Source: Armatimonadota bacterium (GTDB lineage: Bacteria; Sysuimicrobiota; Sysuimicrobiia; Sysuimicrobiales; Humicultoraceae). Taken from it: 30,075 bases of DNA. This document shows, piece by piece, positions 1 through 11,414 of the stretch (positions are counted from its first letter, which is position 1; each line of letters starts with the position of its first letter). A program made the translations under genes and the position numbers. Below the pieces are notes generated by a model. The model saw only the letters and a program-made list of their open reading frames with translations. It was not told the origin of the DNA and made no database searches. Location: contig JBBIOM010000026.1 of assembly GCA_037443365.1 (NCBI GenBank), forward strand, positions 1 to 30,075, in the 5' to 3' direction.

Positions 1-203
1 TGCTGGTTCCAGAACTCCACCGCCTCTTCCACGAGCCTGATGCGCGTGTCGCCCTCCGCCCCCACGGGCGCAACAGCCGGGATCTTGTCCCACGGGTAGT
101 CGTTCCCACGCCAGTGGGTTATGCCCTCCTGACCGAAGGCCACGGCGGCGATTCCGGCGATCAGTACGAGCGCAGCGGCTGTGCGGGCGGCTGCACGGCC
201 CAC
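1..203 (-). CDS. Secreted protein, N-terminal part only (continues beyond window start)
   Basis: Not in the ORF track. Minus strand reads GGAGGT-5nt-GTG at 203, then open MGRAAARTAAALVLIAGIAAVAFGQEGITHWRGNDYPWDKIPAV...RLVEEAVEFWNQ to the edge; basic N-terminus, hydrophobic core and AFG/Q cleavage-like site. Confidence 0.7.
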   Translation of the reverse strand, partial: MGRAAARTAAALVLIAGIAAVAFGQEGITHWRGNDYPWDKIPAVAPVGAEGDTRIRLVEEAVEFWNQ

Positions 204-260
204 TTGGCACCTCCCGGAGCCCCTGCCCTCGCGCTTCGGCGCCACCCCTCCAAGAACCTG

Positions 261-289
261 TTGACCGCTCAATCATTCTCGCGTACTAT
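261..289 (+). promoter_or_regulatory. Sigma70/SigA-type promoter of the DeoR operon
   Basis: TTGACC (261-266), 17 bp, TACTAT (284-289), in an AT-richer patch just upstream of ATG 308. Confidence 0.8.
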
Positions 290-305
290 CAATCACGATC
301 AATCA
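269..305 (+). promoter_or_regulatory. Putative DeoR-family operator (phased TCAATCA direct repeats)
   Basis: TCAATCA at 269-275, 289-295 and 299-305, on a 10-bp phase overlapping the promoter. Confidence 0.65.
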
Positions 306-307
306 AA

Positions 308-1063
308 ATGGATCTCCCGGTCGAGCGGCGCCAGCGCATCCTCCAGTTGCTAGAGGCACGTGGGGGTCTGCGCACCTCGGAACTGCAGCAGGCCATCGGG
401 GCGTCCATTGCCACGATCCGGCGCGACCTCAACGACCTGGCCGCGGCAAGCCTGGTAGAGCGCACGCATGGCGGCGCGCTTCCCAGGGCGCTGGGTACCG
501 CGCACGAGCCGCCCTTCTCGGTCAAGTCAGCGCTCATGCGCGAGGAGAAGGAGCGGATCGCCATCGGCGCCGCACGTCTTGTCCCGCCCGGCTCTACCAT
601 CATTCTCGACTCCGGCTCCACGACGCTGGCGCTCGCGCGCCATCTAGCCGGGAAGCGCATCACCGTGATTGCGCTCGATCTGCCCGGGGCGCAGGCCGCG
701 GCCTCGGGCGCAACCGAGGTTCTGCAGATCGGCGGCCGCGTGCGCAACGGGCTGTACAGCCTGGTGGGACCGTGGGCCGAGGATACCCTGCGTGGGCTCC
801 ACGCGGACGTCTTCTTCCTGGGCGCGGACGCCGTGGACGACGACGAGGTTACAAACAGCACAGTGGACGAGGCGGCCGTGAAGCGCCTGGCCATCCGCTC
901 GGCGCGAGAGGTGATCCTGCTCGCCGACCACAGCAAGTTCGGGCGCAGGGCGCTGGCCCAGGTCTGCCGCCTGGATGAACTGAGCGCCATCGTGACGGAT
1001 CAGGGCATCGGCCCCCGCGAGGCGGTCCTCCGCGAGCGCGTCAGGAAGGTGGTGGTTGTCTAG
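308..1063 (+). CDS. DeoR/GlpR-family transcriptional regulator
   Basis: N-terminal HTH (ERRQRIL...SIATIRRDL...RTHGGA) and DeoRC sensor domain (LDSGSTT, LADHSKFG). Confidence 0.95.
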   Translation: MDLPVERRQRILQLLEARGGLRTSELQQAIGASIATIRRDLNDLAAASLVERTHGGALPRALGTAHEPPFSVKSALMREEKERIAIGAARLVPPGSTIILDSGSTTLALARHLAGKRITVIALDLPGAQAAASGATEVLQIGGRVRNGLYSLVGPWAEDTLRGLHADVFFLGADAVDDDEVTNSTVDEAAVKRLAIRSAREVILLADHSKFGRRALAQVCRLDELSAIVTDQGIGPREAVLRERVRKVVVV

Positions 1064-1065
1064 TC

Positions 1066-1878
1066 ATGGAGCGTTTCGCCAAGCTGTTCGGAACGCGCAA
1101 GCCCGTGATAGCGATGGTGCACTTCCAGGCGCTCCCGGGTACTCCGCTCTTCGACGACGCGGGCGGGATGGACTCCCTGATCGCCCAGGCCGACAGGGAC
1201 CTGGCCGCCCTCCAATCGGCCGGCGTGGACGCGGTGATGTTCGGGAACGAGAACGACCGACCCTACGAGCTGCGCGTGGACGTGGCCTCGACCGCGGCGA
1301 TGGCCTGCGCCATCGGGCGGCTGCGCGACCGGATTACGGTGCCGTTTGGCGTGGACGTGCTGTGGGACCCGATCAGCACGCTGGCCCTGGCCGCGGCGAC
1401 GGGCGCACATTTCGCGCGCGAGATCTTCACCGGGCTCTACGGCTCGGACATGGGGCTGTGGGAAGGCCGCGCCGCCGAGGCCCTGCGCTACAGGCGCCGG
1501 TTGGGCCGCGGCGACCTGTTCCTGCTCTACAACATATCCGCGGAGTTCGCCTCCCCCCTGGACAGCCGCACGGCGGAGGAGCGCGCGCGCAGCGCGCTCT
1601 TCTCGAGCATGGCCGATGCGATCCTGGTCTCGGGGCCCATCACCGGCGAGGAGACGCCCCTCGAGCGACTGCGCGAGGTCAAGCGCGCGCTGCCGGACGT
1701 GCCGGTGTTGGCCAACACAGGCGTCCGCCACGAGAATGTCGCCGAGGTCCTGGCGGTCGCCGACGGCTGCGTCGTGGGCACCGCGCTCAAGGTCAACGGC
1801 GACACGTGGAGCCCTGTGGATCCCGCGCGTGCCGCGAAGTTCGTGGAACTGGCGCGCAAGGCGCGCGCCCGCATCTAG
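1066..1878 (+). CDS. BtpA/SgcQ-family TIM-barrel protein
   Basis: VIAMVH...LPG, MFGNENDRPY, ADAILVSG...TG, VLANTGV, ADGCVVGT motifs; 270 aa. Confidence 0.9.
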   Translation: MERFAKLFGTRKPVIAMVHFQALPGTPLFDDAGGMDSLIAQADRDLAALQSAGVDAVMFGNENDRPYELRVDVASTAAMACAIGRLRDRITVPFGVDVLWDPISTLALAAATGAHFAREIFTGLYGSDMGLWEGRAAEALRYRRRLGRGDLFLLYNISAEFASPLDSRTAEERARSALFSSMADAILVSGPITGEETPLERLREVKRALPDVPVLANTGVRHENVAEVLAVADGCVVGTALKVNGDTWSPVDPARAAKFVELARKARARI

Positions 1879-1879
1879 G

Positions 1880-3370
1880 ATGCTGGCGCTGGGCGTGGAC
1901 GTTGGCACGACCGCGTGCAAGGCGGTCCTGCTGGATGAGCACGCCCGCAACATAGCCGAGGCCGAGCACCCGCACGACCTCGCAAACCTCCAGCCGGGGT
2001 GGGCCGAGGAGGACCCGGCTGACTGGTGGCGGGGCACGGTCGCCACCGTGGGAAGGGTGCTGGCAGGTCACGACCCATCCCGGGTGCGCGCCGTGGGGGT
2101 CTCGGGGATGGTGCCGGCGCTGGTGATGCTCGACCAGGACGGAAGCCCCATCCGCCGCTCGATACAGCAGAACGACGCGCGCGCGGTCGCCGAGATACGC
2201 GCCCTCCGGCTGCGCCTGAGCGAGGACGCCCTGTTTCAGCGCACCGGCGCCACCTGGAACCAGCAGGTGATCCCGCCCAAGCTTCAGTGGATCAAGCACC
2301 ACGAGCCCGAGGCCTGGGCAAAGATCCGGCGCATCTGCGGCTCCTACGAGTACGTGACAGGCCGGCTCTCGGGCGCGCAGTACACCGAGGCCAACTGGGC
2401 GCTGGAGTCGGGCATGTGGGACGCGCTCGAGAATACCTGGTTCACTTCCGTCCTCGACCTCGTGGGGCTGCCGCCGGGAGCGCTGTCACCCGTGCGGCGC
2501 GCCCACGAGATCGTCGGAGAGGTCACCAGTGCCGCGGCGCGCGAGACCGGCCTGCGCGCCGGAACACGGGTCGCGGCCGGGAGCGCCGACCACATCGCCG
2601 CGGCGCTGGCAGCCGGCCTGGCCGCCGAGGGTGATGCCGTCCTGAAGTTCGGGGGCGCCGGGGACTTCCTCTACGCGGTGGACCGCTTCCGTCCCCTGCG
2701 CGAACTGTTCATTGATTATCACAATCTGCCCGGCCTCTACATCATCAACGGCTGCATGGCCACCTCCGGGAGCCTGGTCAAGTGGTTTCGCGACCGCTTC
2801 CACCCCGGCGCGTCCTACGCGGACCTCGACCTGGCCGCCTCGCGGATCCGGCCGGGGAGCGACGGCCTCGTGCTGCTGCCCTACTTCCTGGGCGAGAAGA
2901 CACCCCTGCACGATCCCGAGGCGCGCGGCACCGTGTTGGGGCTGACCCTTTCGCACACTCCCGCGCACATCTACCGGGCCATCCTGGAGGGCGTGGCCTT
3001 TGCGTTCCGGCATCACGTGGAGGTGCTCGAAGATGCGGGCCACCGGATATCGCGGTTCTACGTCATGGACGGCGGCGCACGCAGCGCGCTGTGGCGCGAG
3101 ATAACGGCATCGGTCCTGGGGAGGGAGGTGTACCACCTGGCCGGCGGGCACGCGGGCAGCGCGTACGGCGTGGCCTTCACGGCAGGTGTGGCCGCGGGCG
3201 CCTGGCCCTGGTCTCGCATCAGGGATAAGGTCAGGATCGCCGGGGTAACGCACCCGGAGCCCGGCGCCGTGCCCTTCTACGCGGAGGCATACGAGATCTA
3301 CCGGGAGACATACCGAAGGTTGAGGGACCTCTACCCGAGATTGAGGGGGGAGCATCTTGTCGGGGATTGA
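1880..3370 (+). CDS. FGGY-family carbohydrate kinase (XylB-like)
   Basis: ATG 1880 follows the upstream stop; LGVDVGTTACKA, GWAEEDP, PYFLGEKTP...ARG, RAILEGVAF, DGGARS motifs. Confidence 0.92.
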   Translation: MLALGVDVGTTACKAVLLDEHARNIAEAEHPHDLANLQPGWAEEDPADWWRGTVATVGRVLAGHDPSRVRAVGVSGMVPALVMLDQDGSPIRRSIQQNDARAVAEIRALRLRLSEDALFQRTGATWNQQVIPPKLQWIKHHEPEAWAKIRRICGSYEYVTGRLSGAQYTEANWALESGMWDALENTWFTSVLDLVGLPPGALSPVRRAHEIVGEVTSAAARETGLRAGTRVAAGSADHIAAALAAGLAAEGDAVLKFGGAGDFLYAVDRFRPLRELFIDYHNLPGLYIINGCMATSGSLVKWFRDRFHPGASYADLDLAASRIRPGSDGLVLLPYFLGEKTPLHDPEARGTVLGLTLSHTPAHIYRAILEGVAFAFRHHVEVLEDAGHRISRFYVMDGGARSALWREITASVLGREVYHLAGGHAGSAYGVAFTAGVAAGAWPWSRIRDKVRIAGVTHPEPGAVPFYAEAYEIYRETYRRLRDLYPRLRGEHLVGD

Positions 3371-4148
3371 GGCACTTGTCACGGGGGCCGCATCAGGCAT
3401 TGGGCGTGCGATCGCGCTGCGGCTGGCGCGCGAGGGCGTGCGCGTGTGGGTGACGGACCTGAATGCGCTTGGCGCCGGGGAGGTTGCGGCACAGATCGCG
3501 GCGTCGGGCGGGGCTGCCACCGCCCGACGCCTTGACGTCACCAGCCGAGCCGATCTGGAGCGCGTCGCCGGGGAGATCTACGCTTCCTGCGGGCGGCTCG
3601 ATCTGCTGATCGTCAACGCGGGCGTCTCGACGATGAACAACTTCCTCGACCTGACCGACGAGGAATGGGACCTCAACTTCGGCGTCAACGTCAGGGGCGC
3701 GTTCCTCACGATGCAGGTCTTCGCACGCCGCATGGTTCGCCAGGAGGCGATGCCGGGCAGGGATCTGCGCGGCAAGATCGTGCTGACGGCCTCCATGGCC
3801 GCACGGCGCGCCGCTCCAATGCTGGCGCACTACTCCGCCTCCAAGTTTGGCGCCCTAGGGCTCATGCAGGCCGCGGCCCGCGAGCTGGCGCCCCACCGCG
3901 TCACGGTGAACGCGGTCAACCCCGGCTACGTCAGGACCGCGATGCAGGAGCGCGAGGTAGTCTGGGAGGGGCGGCTCCGGGGGATGAGCCCCGAGGAGGT
4001 GGTCCGCGACTACCTGAGGGACACGCCGCTTGGGCGTCTCGAGACCCCGGAAGACGTGGCCGGGGTAGTGGCGTTCCTCTGCGGGCCCGACTCCGACTTC
4101 ATGACCGGTGAGGCCATCGAGGTGAACGGGGGCGCATGGATCGCCTGA
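3357..4148 (+). CDS. SDR-family NAD(P)-dependent oxidoreductase
   Basis: TGAASGIG, VNAG and YSASK catalytic motif; TTG start overlapping the kinase gene after a G-rich SD. Confidence 0.93.
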   Translation: MSGIEALVTGAASGIGRAIALRLAREGVRVWVTDLNALGAGEVAAQIAASGGAATARRLDVTSRADLERVAGEIYASCGRLDLLIVNAGVSTMNNFLDLTDEEWDLNFGVNVRGAFLTMQVFARRMVRQEAMPGRDLRGKIVLTASMAARRAAPMLAHYSASKFGALGLMQAAARELAPHRVTVNAVNPGYVRTAMQEREVVWEGRLRGMSPEEVVRDYLRDTPLGRLETPEDVAGVVAFLCGPDSDFMTGEAIEVNGGAWIA

Positions 4149-4218
4149 CCGCGGGTTTGCGCCCCGACCGCAACGCGCAAGCGATTCAAATACGCGCACG
4201 CGACAGGAGGTGCAGTGG

Positions 4219-5478
4219 ATGATGGTGCGAAGATCGGCATGGTTCATCCTGGCGGTTGTCCTGGCGCTCGCACTGGTGCCGCTGTCGGGCGGCCTGGCGC
4301 AGCCGAGGGCGACATTGAACCTCGTCTCGATGTCGGATCGCTTCTCCGGCGCGCTCACCCGGCTGGCGCCGGAGTTTGAACGGGCGACAGGCATCAAGGT
4401 CAACGTCACGATCCAGAGCTACGGCGAGTTGTACACCCGTGCCATCGCGGACTTCGTGGGCCGCACCGGGGGCGCCGACCTCTACACGGTGGACATCGTT
4501 TGGACCGGGGAGTGGGCGGAGAACGGCTACCTGGTAGACCTAACCCCCATGATCCAGCGCGACCGCGCCGCGATCGCCTACGACGATGTCTTCCCGTCGG
4601 TCTGGAAACTGGGCGGCTGGATGGGCAAGCAGTACGCCTTCCCGCTGGCGGCCTATGCGGGCGTGCTCTCCTACAACAAGAAGGTGCTCACCGAGATGGG
4701 CATCAAGCCGCCGCGCAGTGTGCCCGAGTTCGCGGTGGCGATTCAGAAACTCACCGGCGACGGGCGCTTCGGCATCGTCATGAATGGCGCCCGCGGGGCG
4801 CCGTGCGCGCAGGACTGGATGTACCACATGTTGATACACGGCGGCAGCATCCTGGACAAGGCCGGGATGCCGGTCCTCAACAGCACGGCCAACGTGCGCG
4901 CCCTGACCTTCTTCGCGGACATGTTCAAGTACGCGCCGCCGGGCGCCACCAGCTACGCCTGGGGCGACCGGGAGCTGGCGTTTCGCAGCGCGGTGGCCAT
5001 GATGCAGATCGGCTGGTCCACCGGGATTCGGGCGCACCGCGATCCCACGATGTCCAAGGTGGCCACGATCAGCGACATCACCACCCTGCCCCAGGCCGCG
5101 GGCGCGCCGACGCGCTACCCGCTGGGTGGATGGAGCATCGGCATCAACCGAGACTCCCCCAACAAGCAGGCGGCTTGGGAGTTCATCAAGTGGATCACCT
5201 CGCAGCGCGTGCGGCCGGACTTCGTGCGCTTCGGCGGCGAGCCCATACGCCGAAGCGAGGTTGCGGACTCCAGGCTTCTGGCCGAGTTCCCGTGGTTTGC
5301 GATGGTGGGCAAGTCATTTGATCACGCCGACGGCGACTTCCGGCCGCGCATCCGGCAGTACCCGCGGATCCAGGACATCCTGGGACTCGAGGTGAACCTG
5401 GCCATCACGGGCCAGAAGTCCCCGAAGGCAGCACTGGACGCCGCTCAGGCCGCGGCACTGCCGCTGTTTGGTCGGTAG
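4219..5478 (+). CDS. Carbohydrate-type ABC transporter substrate-binding protein
   Basis: AGGAGG SD at 4205-4210; signal peptide ending LA/Q with no lipobox; FERATGIKV, LSYNKK, AAWEFIKW (SBP family 1). Confidence 0.9.
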   Translation: MMVRRSAWFILAVVLALALVPLSGGLAQPRATLNLVSMSDRFSGALTRLAPEFERATGIKVNVTIQSYGELYTRAIADFVGRTGGADLYTVDIVWTGEWAENGYLVDLTPMIQRDRAAIAYDDVFPSVWKLGGWMGKQYAFPLAAYAGVLSYNKKVLTEMGIKPPRSVPEFAVAIQKLTGDGRFGIVMNGARGAPCAQDWMYHMLIHGGSILDKAGMPVLNSTANVRALTFFADMFKYAPPGATSYAWGDRELAFRSAVAMMQIGWSTGIRAHRDPTMSKVATISDITTLPQAAGAPTRYPLGGWSIGINRDSPNKQAAWEFIKWITSQRVRPDFVRFGGEPIRRSEVADSRLLAEFPWFAMVGKSFDHADGDFRPRIRQYPRIQDILGLEVNLAITGQKSPKAALDAAQAAALPLFGR

Positions 5479-5481
5479 CAC

Positions 5482-6363
5482 ATGAGGTGGCTGAGGCGGC
5501 TGGGGCTGCTCCCGTGGGCGGCCCCGGCCCTTCTGTTCATGCTGTGCTTCGCCTTCTACCCCCTGGCCTACTCTCTGTACATCTCCTTCTTCAAATACAG
5601 CCTGACGGATCCGTCCCAATCTCAGAAGTTCGTCGGGCTCGCCAACTACCTGAGGGCGTTCGCGGATCCGGTCTTCCGCGTCGCCGCCTTGAACTCGGCG
5701 TTGTTCGTCGTTCTGGCCGTGGGTCTCCAGATCGTCCTCGGCCTGGCCATCGCCGTGCTCCTGAACCGCGACCGGCCAGGCACCCCGCTGGTCCGCACCC
5801 TACTGCTGGCCCCGCTCACGCTCACCCCGATCGTGGTGGCGCTCGTGTGGAGGGCGCTGTACAACGCCGACTTCGGGGTGGTCTCCTACTACCTTAAGAC
5901 GCTCGGCGTGCACGTCGGTCGCGGCCCGATCGGCGAACCGTCCACGGCGCTGGCGGCCCTGGTCATTGTGGACGTCTGGCAGTGGACCCCGCTGGTGGCG
6001 CTCATGCTCCTGGCCGGCCTGCGCAGTCAGAGCGCCGACCTGTTTGAGGCGGCGCAGATTGACGGCGCCTCGGCGTGGCAGCAGTTCTGGTGCGTGGCCC
6101 TGCCCCTGCTGCGCCCGATCCTGACCGTTGCCCTGTTGATCCGAACCATGGATGTCTTCAAGCTCTTCGACTCGGTCTTCATCGTCACCGGCGGAGGGCC
6201 CGGCTACGCCACCGAGGTGATGAACCACTATATCTTCAAGACCGGTCTGACGTTCTTCGACATGGGATACGCTGGGGCGATGTCCAACCTGCTGCTGGTG
6301 CTCATCGGCCTGTTCACCGCGGCCTACTTCCGCGCCATCGGGCACCTGGGGGTCACGCAATGA
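5482..6363 (+). CDS. Carbohydrate ABC transporter permease (MalF/UgpA-like)
   Basis: Multiple TM segments, FVGLANY, EAA loop FEAAQIDGASAWQQFW. Confidence 0.93.
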   Translation: MRWLRRLGLLPWAAPALLFMLCFAFYPLAYSLYISFFKYSLTDPSQSQKFVGLANYLRAFADPVFRVAALNSALFVVLAVGLQIVLGLAIAVLLNRDRPGTPLVRTLLLAPLTLTPIVVALVWRALYNADFGVVSYYLKTLGVHVGRGPIGEPSTALAALVIVDVWQWTPLVALMLLAGLRSQSADLFEAAQIDGASAWQQFWCVALPLLRPILTVALLIRTMDVFKLFDSVFIVTGGGPGYATEVMNHYIFKTGLTFFDMGYAGAMSNLLLVLIGLFTAAYFRAIGHLGVTQ

Positions 6364-7193
6364 CGAAGCGGCAGCGCCAGCGGGTGGCCGACGCGGTGAC
6401 TTACACGCTGCTTGCCATGGTCCTGGGATTCTTCCTGTTCCCGCTCGTGTGGTTGCTGTTGACCTCGCTCAAGCCCGCGCGGGACGCGTTCGCGATCCCA
6501 CCGGTGTGGATCTTCCACCCGATCGCGGACAACTTCCGCGCCGTGTTCAAGATGGTGCCCGTGGTCTCGTATCTCAAGAACAGCCTGACGATCGCCCTGG
6601 GCACGACGGCGCTGTCGCTGGCGCTTGGCGTACCCGCGGGCTACGGGCTTGCCCGGACCGCGTCGCGCGCCGCCGGGAACACGGCGCTGCTGATGCTGGC
6701 AATACGCATGGCACCGCCCGTCGTTCTTCTGATACCATTCTACATGGTCATGCGGGATCTGCGTCTGCTGGGCACCTACCCGGCGGTGATCCTCCTGCAG
6801 AGCGTGTTCAACACGACGTTCGTGACCTGGATGATGCGCGGCTACTTCCTCTCGTTGCCGAGCGACCTCGAGCTGGCCGCGCTGACCGACGGCGCCACCA
6901 GGTTCGGAGCGTTCTGGCGCGTCGCCCTGCCCCTCTCTGTGCCGGGGCTGGCGACCGCGGGGATCTTCACCTTCACGTTCTCCTGGAACGACTTCCTCCT
7001 GCCGCTGCTGCTGTCGGGGCGCACCACCCGGACGCTGACGCTGGGGATCCTGGAGACCATGAGCACCTACGAGATCGGCTGGAACAACATGGCCGCCATC
7101 GGGATGATCACCATCCTGCCCGTGCTGCTGCTGGGATACATACTGCAGCCGTACTACATCCGCGGGCTCACCCTGGGCGCGGTCCGGGAGTAG
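6360..7193 (+). CDS. Carbohydrate ABC transporter permease (MalG/UgpE-like)
   Basis: ATGA overlap at 6360; ELAALTDGATRFGAFWRV EAA loop, FSWNDFL. Confidence 0.93.
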   Translation: MTKRQRQRVADAVTYTLLAMVLGFFLFPLVWLLLTSLKPARDAFAIPPVWIFHPIADNFRAVFKMVPVVSYLKNSLTIALGTTALSLALGVPAGYGLARTASRAAGNTALLMLAIRMAPPVVLLIPFYMVMRDLRLLGTYPAVILLQSVFNTTFVTWMMRGYFLSLPSDLELAALTDGATRFGAFWRVALPLSVPGLATAGIFTFTFSWNDFLLPLLLSGRTTRTLTLGILETMSTYEIGWNNMAAIGMITILPVLLLGYILQPYYIRGLTLGAVRE

Positions 7194-7205
7194 GAGGGAT
7201 ACGAG

Positions 7206-8501
7206 GTGGCTCTTGACCTGGTAGTTCGCAACGCCCAGTTGCGCGGGCGCGGGGGTCTGGTTGACATAGGAGTTGCAGACGGCAGGATCGCGGCCGTCGA
7301 GCCGGGCCTTCCCGCCGGCGCGGCGCAGGAGATCGACGCCGCCGGACGCCTGGTGACCGAGCCGTTCGTTGACTGCCACTTCCACATCGACAAGTCGTTC
7401 TTCGGCGAGGCAGTGGGCCGCTACGAGTACCCCCTGAGACCCCTGGGCGCGCCCGGCGAGGCGTTCGAGGGAGAGGTCAGGTCAGGCATGCAGGAGTACG
7501 AGCTGCTCCACAGCAACGTCGTGCCCATCGAGCACACCTGGGCCTTCAAGCAGCGGTACACACCCGAGGAGGTGGCGGGGAGAGTGGGCCGCGCGCTCGA
7601 GCTGGCCCTCGCGCACGGCACCCTGGCGATGCGCATGTTCGCCGACGTGGACTCGTTCGCTGGGCTGCGGGCGCTGGAAGGCGTGCTCCTGGCCAGGGAA
7701 CGGTTCGGGCGCACCATGATGCTGCAGGTGTGCGCGTTTCCCCAGGAAGGGCTGCTGACCAACCCGGCGACGGCCGACCTGATGCGCCAGGCCATGGAGA
7801 TGGGGGCCGACGTGGTCGGGGGCATCCCGTTCGTCGAGTTGGACGACGAGGGCGCCCGGCGGCACATTGACTTCTGCTTCGAGCTGGCCGCGCGCTACAA
7901 CCGCGACGTGCACATGCTGTGCGACGACGCGCCCAACCCCAACTTCCGGACGCTGGAGATGCTGGCCGCGAAGACGATCCGCGAGGGATACCACGGCCGG
8001 GTCGCCTCCGGGCACAACGGCGCCCTGCGCGTCTATCCGGACGCGCACGCCGCCAGGGTCATCAACCTGGTCAGGCAGGCCCGGATTAACATCGTGGCCA
8101 ACCCGAACGTCAACGTGCTCGGCACGCTTACGCGCGTGAACGAGCTGATGGCTGCCGGCGTCAACGTCTGCTCAGGGCAGGACGATCTGGACAACTTCTA
8201 CTATCCGCTTGGGCGCGCGGACCTGCTCGATTCCGCGAACTTCATGGTGCACACGGCGCACCTGGCCACCCCGCAGGGCTTCGAGACCGCCTTCGACATC
8301 GTGACGCGCAACGGCGCCAAGACCCTGGGGCTAGAGGGCTACGGGCTGGAGGTGGGTGCCTGGGCGAGCATGCTCATCTTCGACGGCAGGAACCTGCACG
8401 ACGTGCTGCAGATGCAGGCCGATCGCAACTACGTCATCGCCCGCGGACGCGTCGTCGCCCGCACGACGCGGCAGCGGCACATCGAGCTGATCAACGCGTG
8501 A
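7206..8501 (+). CDS. Metal-dependent amidohydrolase, cytosine deaminase (CodA)/AtzC-like
   Basis: DCHFHIDK metal motif, AFPQEG, VVGGIP, GQDD...YPLG; GGAGG SD upstream of GTG. Confidence 0.88.
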   Translation: MALDLVVRNAQLRGRGGLVDIGVADGRIAAVEPGLPAGAAQEIDAAGRLVTEPFVDCHFHIDKSFFGEAVGRYEYPLRPLGAPGEAFEGEVRSGMQEYELLHSNVVPIEHTWAFKQRYTPEEVAGRVGRALELALAHGTLAMRMFADVDSFAGLRALEGVLLARERFGRTMMLQVCAFPQEGLLTNPATADLMRQAMEMGADVVGGIPFVELDDEGARRHIDFCFELAARYNRDVHMLCDDAPNPNFRTLEMLAAKTIREGYHGRVASGHNGALRVYPDAHAARVINLVRQARINIVANPNVNVLGTLTRVNELMAAGVNVCSGQDDLDNFYYPLGRADLLDSANFMVHTAHLATPQGFETAFDIVTRNGAKTLGLEGYGLEVGAWASMLIFDGRNLHDVLQMQADRNYVIARGRVVARTTRQRHIELINA

Positions 8502-9280
8502 GCATCCCACCGATCCCTCGAGGCAGGTCCTTCGCCCACCTGACATGGGCCGAGATCAGGGACATGCCCGACAAGGACCGGGCGGTCCTCATCCAGCCGG
8601 TCGGCTCGACTGAGCAGCACGGCCCGCACCTGCCGCTGCTCGTGGACTCGGCGATCGGATCGGCCGTGCTGGCCGGGGCCCTGGAGCGCCTGGGCGAGGG
8701 AGTGCCGGCCTTCGCGCTTCCCCCGTTGTGCTACGGGAAGTCCAACGAGCACCTCGCCTTTCCCGGAACGATCTCCCTGGAGGCCGGCACGCTGCTGTCC
8801 GTGCTGATGGAGGTGGCCGGGAGTCTGCACCGTGCCGGGTTTCGCCGCCTCGCCCTGCTCAACTCGCACGGCGGCAACAACCCGGTGGTCGAGATCGCGG
8901 CGCGCGACATCCACGTTGCCCATCCCGAGATGTGGATCTTCCCGCTCTCCATCTGGGGACGGGGCGCGCTCGCTGCGCCCGCCGGGGGCGGCGGGCCCGA
9001 CCTGCACGCAGGGGACGACGAGACGAGCCTGATGCTGGCGATCGCCCCTGAGGATGTGCGCGTGGAAGCCGCGGTCACGGAGCACCCGCCGGAGCCGCTC
9101 GTGCGCGGGTTCCCCGACCCCGGGATCCCCTTTGCCTGGTCGGCGCGCGATCTGACCACCAGCGGCGTGGTGGGCGACGCCCGAGCCGCGAGCGCGGAAG
9201 TGGGCCGGCGGATCCTCGAGTCCCTGACTGCGCGGCTGGCCCAGCAGATCCGGGCGATCCACGCCTTCAGACCGGGATAG
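8498..9280 (+). CDS. Creatininase-family amidohydrolase
   Basis: PVGSTEQHGPHLP...D, SNEH.AFPGT, NSHGGN, HAG..ETS motifs; GTGA overlap with upstream gene. Confidence 0.92.
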   Translation: MSIPPIPRGRSFAHLTWAEIRDMPDKDRAVLIQPVGSTEQHGPHLPLLVDSAIGSAVLAGALERLGEGVPAFALPPLCYGKSNEHLAFPGTISLEAGTLLSVLMEVAGSLHRAGFRRLALLNSHGGNNPVVEIAARDIHVAHPEMWIFPLSIWGRGALAAPAGGGGPDLHAGDDETSLMLAIAPEDVRVEAAVTEHPPEPLVRGFPDPGIPFAWSARDLTTSGVVGDARAASAEVGRRILESLTARLAQQIRAIHAFRPG

Positions 9281-9340
9281 GGACCTGGATCCAGCAAGGG
9301 CCTGTCACCCCATTCGACGAAGCCGTAGAGGAGACGATAA

Positions 9341-11401
<2,061 letters not shown>

Positions 11402-11414
11402 GCGGTGGTGGAGC

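Noticed and set aside
1346-1879. N-terminal extension of the FGGY kinase in the ORF track
   Set aside because: Overlaps the BtpA gene in another frame; kinase homology starts at ATG 1880. The same applies to the extensions at 6075, 14860, 18504 and 21934.
4156-4183. TTGCGC...GCGCAA hairpin between the SDR and binding-protein genes
   Set aside because: Short stem, large loop, no U-tract; cannot be supported as a terminator.
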